Assembly: GCA_027022365.1 (NCBI GenBank) | Contig: JALVYU010000026.1 | Span: 1 to 64,000 of the forward strand | DNA: 64,000 bases | Origin: Desulfurococcales archaeon | Lineage (GTDB): Archaea > Thermoproteota > Thermoprotei_A > Sulfolobales > Desulfurococcaceae | Direction of reading: 5' to 3' | Shown: positions 10,451 through 18,659 of the stretch, in pieces | Layout: every line of letters starts with the position of its first letter | Numbering within the stretch: position 1 is the stretch's first letter | Notes under the pieces: generated by a model | Told to the model about the DNA's origin: nothing | Databases searched by the model: none | The model's input: the letters and a program-made list of their open reading frames with translations, nothing else | Program-made: the position numbers and the translations under genes

Positions 10451-10656
10451 AAGAAGGACTGTGCTGCCTTTAGGTGAAAGCAGGTCTTTGCGGGTTAAGG
10501 CTGACCACCCGGCATCCTTTCTATTGTTTTGCCACGTTTATTCAATTCGTATCCCACACATATATTTCTACAAGGTTCTCAGTGGGACGGAGCATCGTTC
10601 CACGATAGAGTTTATATATTAACAGTCCCACTAGTATATAGCGAGGTGAAAAAAGT

Positions 10657-11016
10657 ATGCCCCGCGACAAGAAGATTGTTTACGAGGACGCAGAAGTAAT
10701 CGTAGCGCTAGCACCGAGGGATGAAGAACTACCGGATATGGTACTGGAAACCATTAAGGAGAAAGGCCGCCCCATGACGTTCACTGAGCTCGTCAAGGAG
10801 TTCAGTGGTATCGCTGGAGAAGACAGGCTGAGACGAGCGGTTAACCACCTACTAGCGCTTGGTAAGCTCGTTGAGTTCCCAGATGGGAGCCTTGGACTCC
10901 CCGGTATGAAATATATACCACGTAGAACCAAGCGTAGAAGAAGAAGGAGAATGCCTAGGCTAATGACCGATATAGTTGGAGAGGAGAAAGTCTACTATAG
11001 GCCACCAATGCAGTGA
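10657..11016 (+). CDS. Small winged-helix protein with poly-Arg tail
   Basis: GAGGTGA RBS; KGRPMTFTELVKEF...RLRRAVNHLLALGKLVEFPDGSLGL wHTH pattern; RRTKRRRRRR. Confidence 0.7.
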   Translation: MPRDKKIVYEDAEVIVALAPRDEELPDMVLETIKEKGRPMTFTELVKEFSGIAGEDRLRRAVNHLLALGKLVEFPDGSLGLPGMKYIPRRTKRRRRRRMPRLMTDIVGEEKVYYRPPMQ

Positions 11017-11079
11017 TTTTCGAGGATAACACCTGCATATTTCTGCTATCCTAGCACTATTCTCTAATAACTACCAAGA

Positions 11080-11934
11080 TCATAGCTTACTAGACTTACA
11101 GTTTATTTCATCATTTTTTATTATAACACCGTATCTCTCTTGAAGCTCACAGAGAAAATCATCTGGGATAATCGCGACTGCCCCTCTGCTAGTCACAAGC
11201 TTATAGGCTTTAGGCAGTAGTTTAGATATAGTTGCTTCTTCAACTATCCAATCAACATATACAGGAGTTCTCGTCGTCCTAACAAATCCTCTCTGTCTCT
11301 TAAATCCGTACTTGTCCACGTATATTTCGCCAAGTCTTCTCCCATCAGTACATTTTCCACTACTATCACATTTCAGGAATTCATCGGTTAATCCCTTGTT
11401 TAGTATCTCATCGAGAACTCTACCAGTCGGAATTATGTTTGACCGTATAATGGATTGTTTTATCTCTTCATTCTTCTTTTCACCCGTTACGACGCGTGTT
11501 TTCTCCTTCTTAGCAAAACTGGTGGCCTTCTTTTCCTCAGCCTTGGGTTTAAAGCGGTTCTCCTTACTCTTTTCCTCTAGGGGATTTGATGTTTTCTTCT
11601 TATTATAACTAGGTTTTGTAAAGTTTGAGAACAACTCATCAAGTATGTCTAGCGGGCTTTTCGACGTATCGTTCGTTTTGGAAACGCTTTCTCGTTTCTC
11701 CGTCCCCTCTTTTTGCTCCTCCTTGATACTCGATTTGTTTTCAGGCGTTATTGTCTCTCTTGGGCCGTCAGGGTTAACTTTTGTTTGTATGTGTGAAGTG
11801 GAAGAACGGATCACGTTCTTTTCCTTCTTACTTTGGGTCTTACCACTACTTTTCTTCTGTGAACACAGAAACATATCCAGCGTTATTAGCCCCTTCTTTC
11901 TCACCTGCCTCTTTCTAGCCACCAATGCTAACAC
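11080..11934 (-). CDS. Hypothetical protein: long K/E/S-rich disordered region and a Cys-containing C-terminal domain
   Basis: 284-aa ORF with TTG start, GGAGTG RBS and TTTATA promoter. Confidence 0.7.
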   Translation of the reverse strand: MLALVARKRQVRKKGLITLDMFLCSQKKSSGKTQSKKEKNVIRSSTSHIQTKVNPDGPRETITPENKSSIKEEQKEGTEKRESVSKTNDTSKSPLDILDELFSNFTKPSYNKKKTSNPLEEKSKENRFKPKAEEKKATSFAKKEKTRVVTGEKKNEEIKQSIIRSNIIPTGRVLDEILNKGLTDEFLKCDSSGKCTDGRRLGEIYVDKYGFKRQRGFVRTTRTPVYVDWIVEEATISKLLPKAYKLVTSRGAVAIIPDDFLCELQERYGVIIKNDEINCKSSKL

Positions 11935-12032
11935 TCCACAATCACTACTATATACGATCTGATATAAAGGGGATAATGACGATATGAGAACAAATTACCA
12001 AATCATTACATTGTTGAAAAACAGAGAAATTT

Positions 12033-12207
12033 AGCCCGCCCACGGGACACCGCCCCAGGTATTCCCCCAGCGGTGCCCCACCCGGGGAGCCGTCCCCGGG
12101 CATCGCCGGAGGGGGGTTCCCAGGTGCTTCTATTTGGCAGTTACCAGCCAAATATCATCTTGCACCCAGGAACCTGGCTCCGGCGATGTGGGCGGTTAGC
12201 CGCACCA
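12033..12207 (-). ncRNA. Unassigned highly structured GC-rich RNA (four-way junction with possible K-turn)
   Basis: Six helices found by eye; three pairs are G-U on the minus strand but A-C mismatches on the plus strand; TATATAA about 25-30 nt upstream; T-tract downstream. Confidence 0.75.
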
Positions 12208-12374
12208 TTTATTTATTTAGTGATTTTATTCCTTATATATTTATAATTATAATTTCATGATATAGTATGCTCGTTACTAGATAGTGTTCATTATTTTTTC
12301 ACAATATAGAAGACTATATTTATTTTTGTATATGTTATTGAAAACCTACTTAGTGACACCTAAGGTGTTGATTA

Positions 12375-13628
12375 GTGCGGATCTGTGGCTGGGTTATCAG
12401 GAGAAAAACCATTGGCAAAATAGTTATTCTTGAGATAAGCGGAGATACTTCTTCAAAGCCTCACGTTATCGCGCTTAAGAAGGAGCGTGAGCCAGAGCTG
12501 TTTGAGCTCGCGAGGGATTTACCTGTCGGAACTGCTCTTTGTTTCGAGGGAGAACTAGCACCAGTACAGAAGAGTAGAAGAGGGGTCGAGTACATAGCCA
12601 AGGAAATCAAGATATATTCCAGACCTCTAGAACCACTGCCCGTCGACACCATTGGTAAGGTTCCAGCCCTGCTGGACACGAGGATCAGGTACAGATATCT
12701 TTTGTTGAGAAACCCAGCTGAGAAGGCAATCTTCAAGATCAGAGAATCGATACTGAGAGCCGCGAGAGAATATTTCATTAAGAACGGGTTCATGGAGATT
12801 CAGACCCCAAAGATCGTTGCTGCCGGTGCAGAGGGGGGTGCAACATTATTCCCTGTAAAGTATTTCGAGTATAATGCCTATCTGAGCCAGAGCCCCCAGC
12901 TCTATAAACAAATGCTCATGTCCAGTGTACCGCGTGTATACGAGATCACACCTTATTTCAGGGCAGAGAAATTCGATACGCCTAGACACCTTAATGAATC
13001 ATGGGGTATTGATGCCGAGATAGGTTTTATCGAGTCAGAAGAAGACGTCATGAATGTTCTTGAGAACCTGATCGCCTATATTGTCGATTATATAAGAAAA
13101 AACAATGTCGAAGAACTAGAAATACTGGGTGTAGAGCTAAAGCCTTTAACGGTGCCGTTCAAGCGCATAACTTTCAAGGAGGCTGTAGACATACTTAGTT
13201 CGGAAGGTGTCGAGATACCTGAAGGCGAAGACCTAACAGAGGCTGCGGAAAAGAAGCTCGGCGAAATAATGGCATCTAAGGGGTACGACATATTCTTCAT
13301 AACTAGGTTCCCATGGGAGGCAACGGGCTTCTACTACATGAGGAACGAGGACGGAACGACCAGGAAGTTCGACCTAGACTATAAGGGATTAGAGCTATCG
13401 AGCGGCGGACAGAGAGAGCATAGATACGAGAAACTAGTAGAGGCCCTAAGAGACAAGGGATTAAACCCGGAGGGCTTCAAGTTCTACCTTGAAGCCTTCA
13501 AGTACGGTATGCCGCCTCATGGAGGATTCGGACTGGGTGTTGAACGTCTATTGGTTAAGCTATTGGGACTTAGTAATGTGAGGGAAGCAATACTGTTTGT
13601 AAGAGACAGAAATAGGCTCATCCCATAA
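12375..13628 (+). CDS. aspS: Aspartyl-tRNA synthetase, archaeal type
   Basis: LSQSPQLYKQ, FRAE...RHLNE, ELSSGGQREH, PPHGGFGLGVERL. Confidence 0.92.
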   Translation: MRICGWVIRRKTIGKIVILEISGDTSSKPHVIALKKEREPELFELARDLPVGTALCFEGELAPVQKSRRGVEYIAKEIKIYSRPLEPLPVDTIGKVPALLDTRIRYRYLLLRNPAEKAIFKIRESILRAAREYFIKNGFMEIQTPKIVAAGAEGGATLFPVKYFEYNAYLSQSPQLYKQMLMSSVPRVYEITPYFRAEKFDTPRHLNESWGIDAEIGFIESEEDVMNVLENLIAYIVDYIRKNNVEELEILGVELKPLTVPFKRITFKEAVDILSSEGVEIPEGEDLTEAAEKKLGEIMASKGYDIFFITRFPWEATGFYYMRNEDGTTRKFDLDYKGLELSSGGQREHRYEKLVEALRDKGLNPEGFKFYLEAFKYGMPPHGGFGLGVERLLVKLLGLSNVREAILFVRDRNRLIP

Positions 13629-13709
13629 TGGTTTTCCAAGAATAACACGTTTTATCCTTTAAATGCATAGTTTCACTAACAAGAAAGACCAGATTATGGG
13701 TGCTCAACA

Positions 13710-14387
13710 ATGAGGATCATACTAATTGGTCCGCCTGGAGCAGGAAAAGGAACCTATGCCAAGTATTTCAGCAAAAAATACTGTATCCCCCACATAAGCA
13801 CCGGCGATATCTTCAGAGCAGAGATAGCTAACGAGACTGAGCTAGGCAAGAAGATCAAAGAATACGTTGAGAAAGGAATGCTTGTACCCGACGAAATAGT
13901 GATCGAGGTTGTTAAGAAGAGGCTGAGCCAGCCCGACACTCAGAAGGGATTCATACTAGACGGGTTTCCACGAACTATAAAGCAGGCGGAAGCACTCGAC
14001 CAGTTCGCTAAGATCGACGCCGCCATACATATCTATATTGATATGGAAGAAGCTGTACGGAGACTGAGCAACCGCTATGTATGCCCCAAGTGCGGGAGAT
14101 CATACAATCTATTGTTCAATCCACCAAAGAATGACCTGACATGTGATGATTGTGGAACCAAACTTATCAGGAGAAAGGATGACGAACCCGACATAATCAG
14201 GAAGAGATACAAGATCTACTATGAGACATTCCAGCCCATACTTGAATACTATAAGGCGAAGAACCTCCTGATAGAGATCGATAATACGCAGGGCAGTGAC
14301 AAAGGCATACCGCTTCTCGAAAAGATACTCAAAGAGAAAGGAATACTCAAGATCAAACCATGCAATCCCGACGTCTCAATAGTGTGA
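13710..14387 (+). CDS. adk: Adenylate kinase (Zn-lid type)
   Basis: GPPGAGKGT, HISTGD, LDGFPRT, CPKC...CDDC lid. Confidence 0.95.
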   Translation: MRIILIGPPGAGKGTYAKYFSKKYCIPHISTGDIFRAEIANETELGKKIKEYVEKGMLVPDEIVIEVVKKRLSQPDTQKGFILDGFPRTIKQAEALDQFAKIDAAIHIYIDMEEAVRRLSNRYVCPKCGRSYNLLFNPPKNDLTCDDCGTKLIRRKDDEPDIIRKRYKIYYETFQPILEYYKAKNLLIEIDNTQGSDKGIPLLEKILKEKGILKIKPCNPDVSIV

Positions 14388-14406
14388 CCGGAGGAATCAC
14401 CCACTA

Positions 14407-15345
14407 TTGATACCCCGCCTCATATATCTTCAATCAAAATTTTATTCAAAAACATATATTAGACAAGTAGGTCTCGACTCTTTTTTGAATAGAAAGGCAG
14501 AACCGCTTGAACTATTGAGATACAAGGTAATACTCAATGGTATAATAATTCAAGAGACTGGAACAACTCTTCTCCATATTGCATCTATTAACGACAAGAT
14601 CATGTTCAACAAGAGTTTTAACGAATATTGTCACTGGCACAACGGTCCGCTAGATAAGAAAGATAATCCGCTTGAAAGAATATACTGTATAAAACCAATT
14701 ATGAGTGAGCTCGGTTTTTGCAGGGAGCACCTACACAGCGATAGAGCCATATACATTAGGTGTTTCGGAACAGCTGGTCTAGAGAGCCTGAGGAACTGCG
14801 TCATGCTGGACAAAAAATATGATGAGAAAATAGAGTATTCCGTGTACCTGCTCAGCTATGGACAAGAATCAATAAAAGTCGGTACTACTCGTAGCTTCAG
14901 AATCTTTGAACGTATAGCTGAGCAACCCCATGTAGTTGCAACAATACTTTCAAAAACGAGGAATGCCTATGAGGCACGAGATATCGAAATTAGAGCTGGT
15001 AAACTACCATGGTCGACCGAGCGGCCTAGAAGAAGCCTGAAAACAGTGATATCTAAGCCGCTATCACCATCTCTATATAGACTGAAAAATTTGAGGGAGA
15101 AAACAGTACACGCTCTTGGCATTAATGATTCCGACCCTATGTTCTTCCAAGTCCTTCCCGTCGACGATATCAGCTATTATCTTAAAGCAAGAGAAGCTCA
15201 TTTGGAGGATCTTGAGGGAAAGAAGCTAGAGATACTTGGTTTCTGGGGAGGCTATCTATTATTGAGCGATACATCTACGAATAATTACCACATACTAAGA
15301 GCAAAGGAGATGCTTCACAAAGACACGACCAAGATTATTTCCTAG
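14407..15345 (+). CDS. DUF2797-like protein
   Basis: Cys/His-rich segment followed by VYL...IKVGTTR...RIAEQ...AR.IE pattern. Confidence 0.65.
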   Translation: MIPRLIYLQSKFYSKTYIRQVGLDSFLNRKAEPLELLRYKVILNGIIIQETGTTLLHIASINDKIMFNKSFNEYCHWHNGPLDKKDNPLERIYCIKPIMSELGFCREHLHSDRAIYIRCFGTAGLESLRNCVMLDKKYDEKIEYSVYLLSYGQESIKVGTTRSFRIFERIAEQPHVVATILSKTRNAYEARDIEIRAGKLPWSTERPRRSLKTVISKPLSPSLYRLKNLREKTVHALGINDSDPMFFQVLPVDDISYYLKAREAHLEDLEGKKLEILGFWGGYLLLSDTSTNNYHILRAKEMLHKDTTKIIS

Positions 15346-15889
15346 AATTCCTCTTCTTTAATCTAAGGACGGGTAGACAACCACTACAAAGCTGTAGATG
15401 ACGCCATATGCAGTCTAGGCAAGACGAATCGGGGTTCTTAACCGGAATTTTGAGATCCTTCGGTAATTCACCATACTCGATCTCATAGGCTACTAAGCCG
15501 TCATTATATAGTTGCTTCATCCGTTCAATAAAGAATATAATTTCCATCTTGTTTTTACCGTAAACCATTGCCACTATGTCGTGAGAATTGTTCTTCATAA
15601 TGCCAAGCACTCTATTACACTTACTTAATAACGTCATTAGTCTTTCAGGGTTATCCACGCTAAACCTAACATATGCGGCAACATTTCCCGAGAGCTTAAT
15701 CGAGACAAGAGGTTTTATTTCGAGCAAGCCCTTATCTATTAGCCTCTGGAACCTATTACGTATACTCGTGTAGCTTAGTCCTGTTAGTTCAGATAATTTT
15801 ACGAGGCTTATTCTTCCATCTTTCGACAGTTCTTTTATCAAGATAGCATCCATACTGTCAATGCTGTTGTTCGCCATAATCGTTGGCAC
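15335..15889 (-). CDS. Lrp/AsnC family regulator with C-terminal CxxC...CxxC extension
   Basis: DSMDAILIKELSKDGRISLVKLSELTGLS..SIRNRFQRL HTH; CLDC...CSGC tail. Confidence 0.85.
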   Translation of the reverse strand: MPTIMANNSIDSMDAILIKELSKDGRISLVKLSELTGLSYTSIRNRFQRLIDKGLLEIKPLVSIKLSGNVAAYVRFSVDNPERLMTLLSKCNRVLGIMKNNSHDIVAMVYGKNKMEIIFFIERMKQLYNDGLVAYEIEYGELPKDLKIPVKNPDSSCLDCIWRHLQLCSGCLPVLRLKKRNSRK

Positions 15890-15932
15890 CGTAAAAAGTG
15901 TTTCTAATAGACCCCTTATAACTCCACGGGTT

Positions 15933-16703
15933 TCACGCTGTTCTTTTTCTCAGGCTAATATGTAGCCGTGTTCTCTGTTTACCGCTACGGGTACCAGTGA
16001 TTTCATAGTTCTCCTTTATATTCATGCCCAGTCTATAACTTAGCCTTCTCGCGAGTTTGCGAGCTGCTCCATGACTATAAAAATATATATCCACACCGTT
16101 CTTTGTCTCTATAGCCTCAATGTAGTCACGGCCCAGTCTCGGCTCTTTAACGAATTCTTCCTCAAGTATTTTCTTGAGCTCCTTTACATGTATACCACGT
16201 ATCTGTACAAGTGCTTCATATTCTCTGCTATCATACATTATACATCTTGGGCACTTGGTTGGTCTAAAGTAAATCGTTATCCTCAGAGGGACTCTGAAAT
16301 CCGCTATACCATATTTGCCGGAAACAATGATATCGATATCAGTATGCCATGAAGGCGTTGTAACATAATCGTATCCATCTATCCTTAGTTCTCTGATACC
16401 TTTAGCGGGCTTTATTTTGTCGGGAATGAAGTTGTTTATTATATAATCAATAGCTGATTCAAAATCGTTGGTATCGATCCACCTGTATCCAACCTTTAGT
16501 GACCCGCAGACCTTGCATAGATCGAAATAATAGGTGTTCTGCTCTAAACGTACAAGTTCTCCTCTTTTTATCCTGCACCTTAGACACACCGAGTCTATCA
16601 CAGGGTTCTCCGGCGTATCGTTGCTTCCGCAGTATACACAGAATCTAGCCAATACATGCACACCTATGTAGCGAAACTTGTTAGGTAATGGTAGAGCATC
16701 CAA
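15933..16703 (-). CDS. nmd3: NMD3 family protein (probable start TTG 16652)
   Basis: Four CxxC pairs, YEALVQIRG, NGVDIYF, RLHISLR. Confidence 0.85.
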   Translation of the reverse strand: MDALPLPNKFRYIGVHVLARFCVYCGSNDTPENPVIDSVCLRCRIKRGELVRLEQNTYYFDLCKVCGSLKVGYRWIDTNDFESAIDYIINNFIPDKIKPAKGIRELRIDGYDYVTTPSWHTDIDIIVSGKYGIADFRVPLRITIYFRPTKCPRCIMYDSREYEALVQIRGIHVKELKKILEEEFVKEPRLGRDYIEAIETKNGVDIYFYSHGAARKLARRLSYRLGMNIKENYEITGTRSGKQRTRLHISLRKRTA

Positions 16704-17284
16704 GATAATGTAGTAGTTGTTATAGCCGATATAAAACCAAGCGTTAATTGCATCAAATTATGTCTTCCCAGCACGTATCTGGAGTACATGATTATAAATG
16801 CTATGATGAACAGCACTATGGCGTCAATGTTTAGCCCCAGATAGTAGAGTGTTAATGCCGGGCCCACTGTACCAATTGTGTGTAGGCTTACCTTGGTCCA
16901 GAAGTTCAGCATGATCGCAACGACTCCATTCATTAGATATGCGAGACTGAGGAAGAAGGGATAATCCGGATAGTGTATCGAGAAGAATAATGTTGAAAAG
17001 AAATAGTTAAGGATCACGAGCAAGAAAGGCTTGAACCTCTGATTTTTCTCGGGATAATCCCACTCAATTCCATGACGTAACGCCCATGCAGTCGGAATGA
17101 TTAATGGAAAGATAGCCAGAGATAACACCATAACGATGAGCGTTAAATAATCTCCGCCGAGGTAAAGCCATGTTCTTATGGCGACATATAGGCCTACAAA
17201 GGGGGCCGAGAAGATCAGTGACAGATCTGTAGCAATATTCTTACTCATATCAGAGACCCGTGCCATCTCACACTTCTTGAACAC
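16664..17284 (-). CDS. Multi-pass membrane protein, PAP2-like
   Basis: About 6 TM segments; KVSLH and SRYVLGRH PAP2-type motifs. Confidence 0.65.
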   Translation of the reverse strand: MFKKCEMARVSDMSKNIATDLSLIFSAPFVGLYVAIRTWLYLGGDYLTLIVMVLSLAIFPLIIPTAWALRHGIEWDYPEKNQRFKPFLLVILNYFFSTLFFSIHYPDYPFFLSLAYLMNGVVAIMLNFWTKVSLHTIGTVGPALTLYYLGLNIDAIVLFIIAFIIMYSRYVLGRHNLMQLTLGFISAITTTTLSWMLYHYLTSFAT

Positions 17285-17295
17285 TTAGAACATAG

Positions 17296-18408
17296 TCATT
17301 TTTGTTCTTTACCGCCACCAGTACCTTTACGATACTTGTTCCTCAATATATTTCTCCTGTAAACGGCCAGAGGGTTCTTCGCACCACAATCACCCGCTAT
17401 CGGGCATAACCCTAGACTCTTCATAGTTTGGCAGCTGTAAGGCATATACTGTTTCCTGCTGCCCCGGAGTCCAGCAATATGCTCTATCTGGTATCGAGCT
17501 ATCTTCTCATTAAAGTCCGGCACATTTCTGAATAGCTCCAGTATTTCCTCGACATCCATGCCTATTCTTGCTAGAAAAGCCGTGATAGTAAAACGAGCTT
17601 GGTGTGATAGGTTCTCTCCTGCGCGGAGAGCCTCAATGATCTTAGACATGCACGGTGGAAACGCGTCGAAATCTATTATGTCTGTATCATGCACGCCTTG
17701 CTGCGCATGCCGCACTGCACGAACCCGGTGCCAATTTGCTTTATCAAGTATTTCCCGGGCTTTCTCTATTATGTGACCCATTTCTTCAGATCGTACCTGT
17801 AGTTCGTTAATCTGATTAATTATGTACATAGCTATAGCTTCTTCCAATATTCTTGGGAAAACCTCCTTGTCTAGATATACATACCCCCTATGGACTATTT
17901 GGTTTACGATCCTATACTTGGGTTCACCTGTCAGTCTAGCCGAGAATTTAAGATAGTCTTTAAAGTACATTGCAAAAGGCTTTGCGATAAAAGCAGGTGT
18001 TCCCCGTATCATTTTCACAGGTATTCTCGGCGGATTTTTTGCATGTAGTATATTTATACCTATTCTTTTGGCAATAGCTATCAATGTAGGGATATTTTCA
18101 TGTCTTAGTCTTTCATAAGCGTGTTTCGAGTACGCTATAGCTATACGGTTTATTAGTCGTCGATCTCCGAGGGTTTTGGCTATAGCTAGAACAATATAAT
18201 AGGCCGCGATCTCTTCTTCAGCGGTTAGTTGCCCCCGTCCGACATCTTTTCCCTTAACTATTCTTTCAAGTATTCCTAATGCTCTCCTACCTACGATCCC
18301 ATTAGGATCGGCGAGAGTGGCAAGTGTTGCTCCGGGCCATCGATACTCTATGATAGAATCAACATCGGCGATGAATGGGTAATAGGCATAATCAATTATT
18401 ACCGCCAT
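17296..18408 (-). CDS. priL: DNA primase large subunit
   Basis: YPF, FPPCM, NLSHQARF, PDFNEKIARYQIEHIAG, YSCQTM...C...C..KNPL Fe-S domain. Confidence 0.95.
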   Translation of the reverse strand: MAVIIDYAYYPFIADVDSIIEYRWPGATLATLADPNGIVGRRALGILERIVKGKDVGRGQLTAEEEIAAYYIVLAIAKTLGDRRLINRIAIAYSKHAYERLRHENIPTLIAIAKRIGINILHAKNPPRIPVKMIRGTPAFIAKPFAMYFKDYLKFSARLTGEPKYRIVNQIVHRGYVYLDKEVFPRILEEAIAMYIINQINELQVRSEEMGHIIEKAREILDKANWHRVRAVRHAQQGVHDTDIIDFDAFPPCMSKIIEALRAGENLSHQARFTITAFLARIGMDVEEILELFRNVPDFNEKIARYQIEHIAGLRGSRKQYMPYSCQTMKSLGLCPIAGDCGAKNPLAVYRRNILRNKYRKGTGGGKEQK

Positions 18409-18440
18409 TAGGGATTACCCTTGAGAACTCAGTATTTTAA

Positions 18441-18502
18441 GCTCAGTGGGGACGGATACCGCTCATCGCGTACGCTCGCCCGATGGCGTACACATCACTG
18501 CG
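18441..18502 (-). ncRNA. Box C/D guide sRNA
   Basis: Minus strand: C GUGAUGU - guide GUACGCCAUCGG - D' GCGA - C' GCGAUGA - guide GCGGUAUCCGUCCCCA - D CUGA; GC-rich intergenic island. Confidence 0.7.
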
Positions 18503-18550
18503 ACTAAACAATATTCTTTGATCACCAGATAAAGATTTGCAGATGTGATC

Positions 18551-18627
18551 GGCGATCAGCGCTTTGGCCCCACATCACCTTTCAGGATACCTCCCGGTTT
18601 GGGAGGTCCCCATTCATCATTTCCGCC
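18551..18627 (-). ncRNA. Box C/D guide sRNA with hairpin in the D' guide; D guide predicted to direct Um34 of tRNA-Gln(UUG)
   Basis: Terminal stem GGCG/CGCC; C AUGAUGA; D' CUGA; C' GUGAUGU; guide GGGGCCAAAGCG; D CUGA. Confidence 0.85.
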
Positions 18628-18659
18628 AGCTCATAATAAACTGATTCTAGGCCCTTAAA

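Noticed and set aside
11948-12151. 67-aa Pro/Gly-rich ORF in the track
   Set aside because: It is a by-product of the GC-rich structured RNA and has no RBS or protein-like composition.
12033-12207. Identification of the structured RNA as tRNA, 5S, SRP, RNase P, H/ACA or fluoride riboswitch
   Set aside because: Diagnostic motifs are absent. GCCAGG...GCAAG resembles SRP helix 8 only superficially and has no GNRA loop.
12208-12370. AT-rich stretch as a replication-origin unwinding element
   Set aside because: No repeated ORB boxes and no adjacent cdc6/whiP; divergent promoters explain it.
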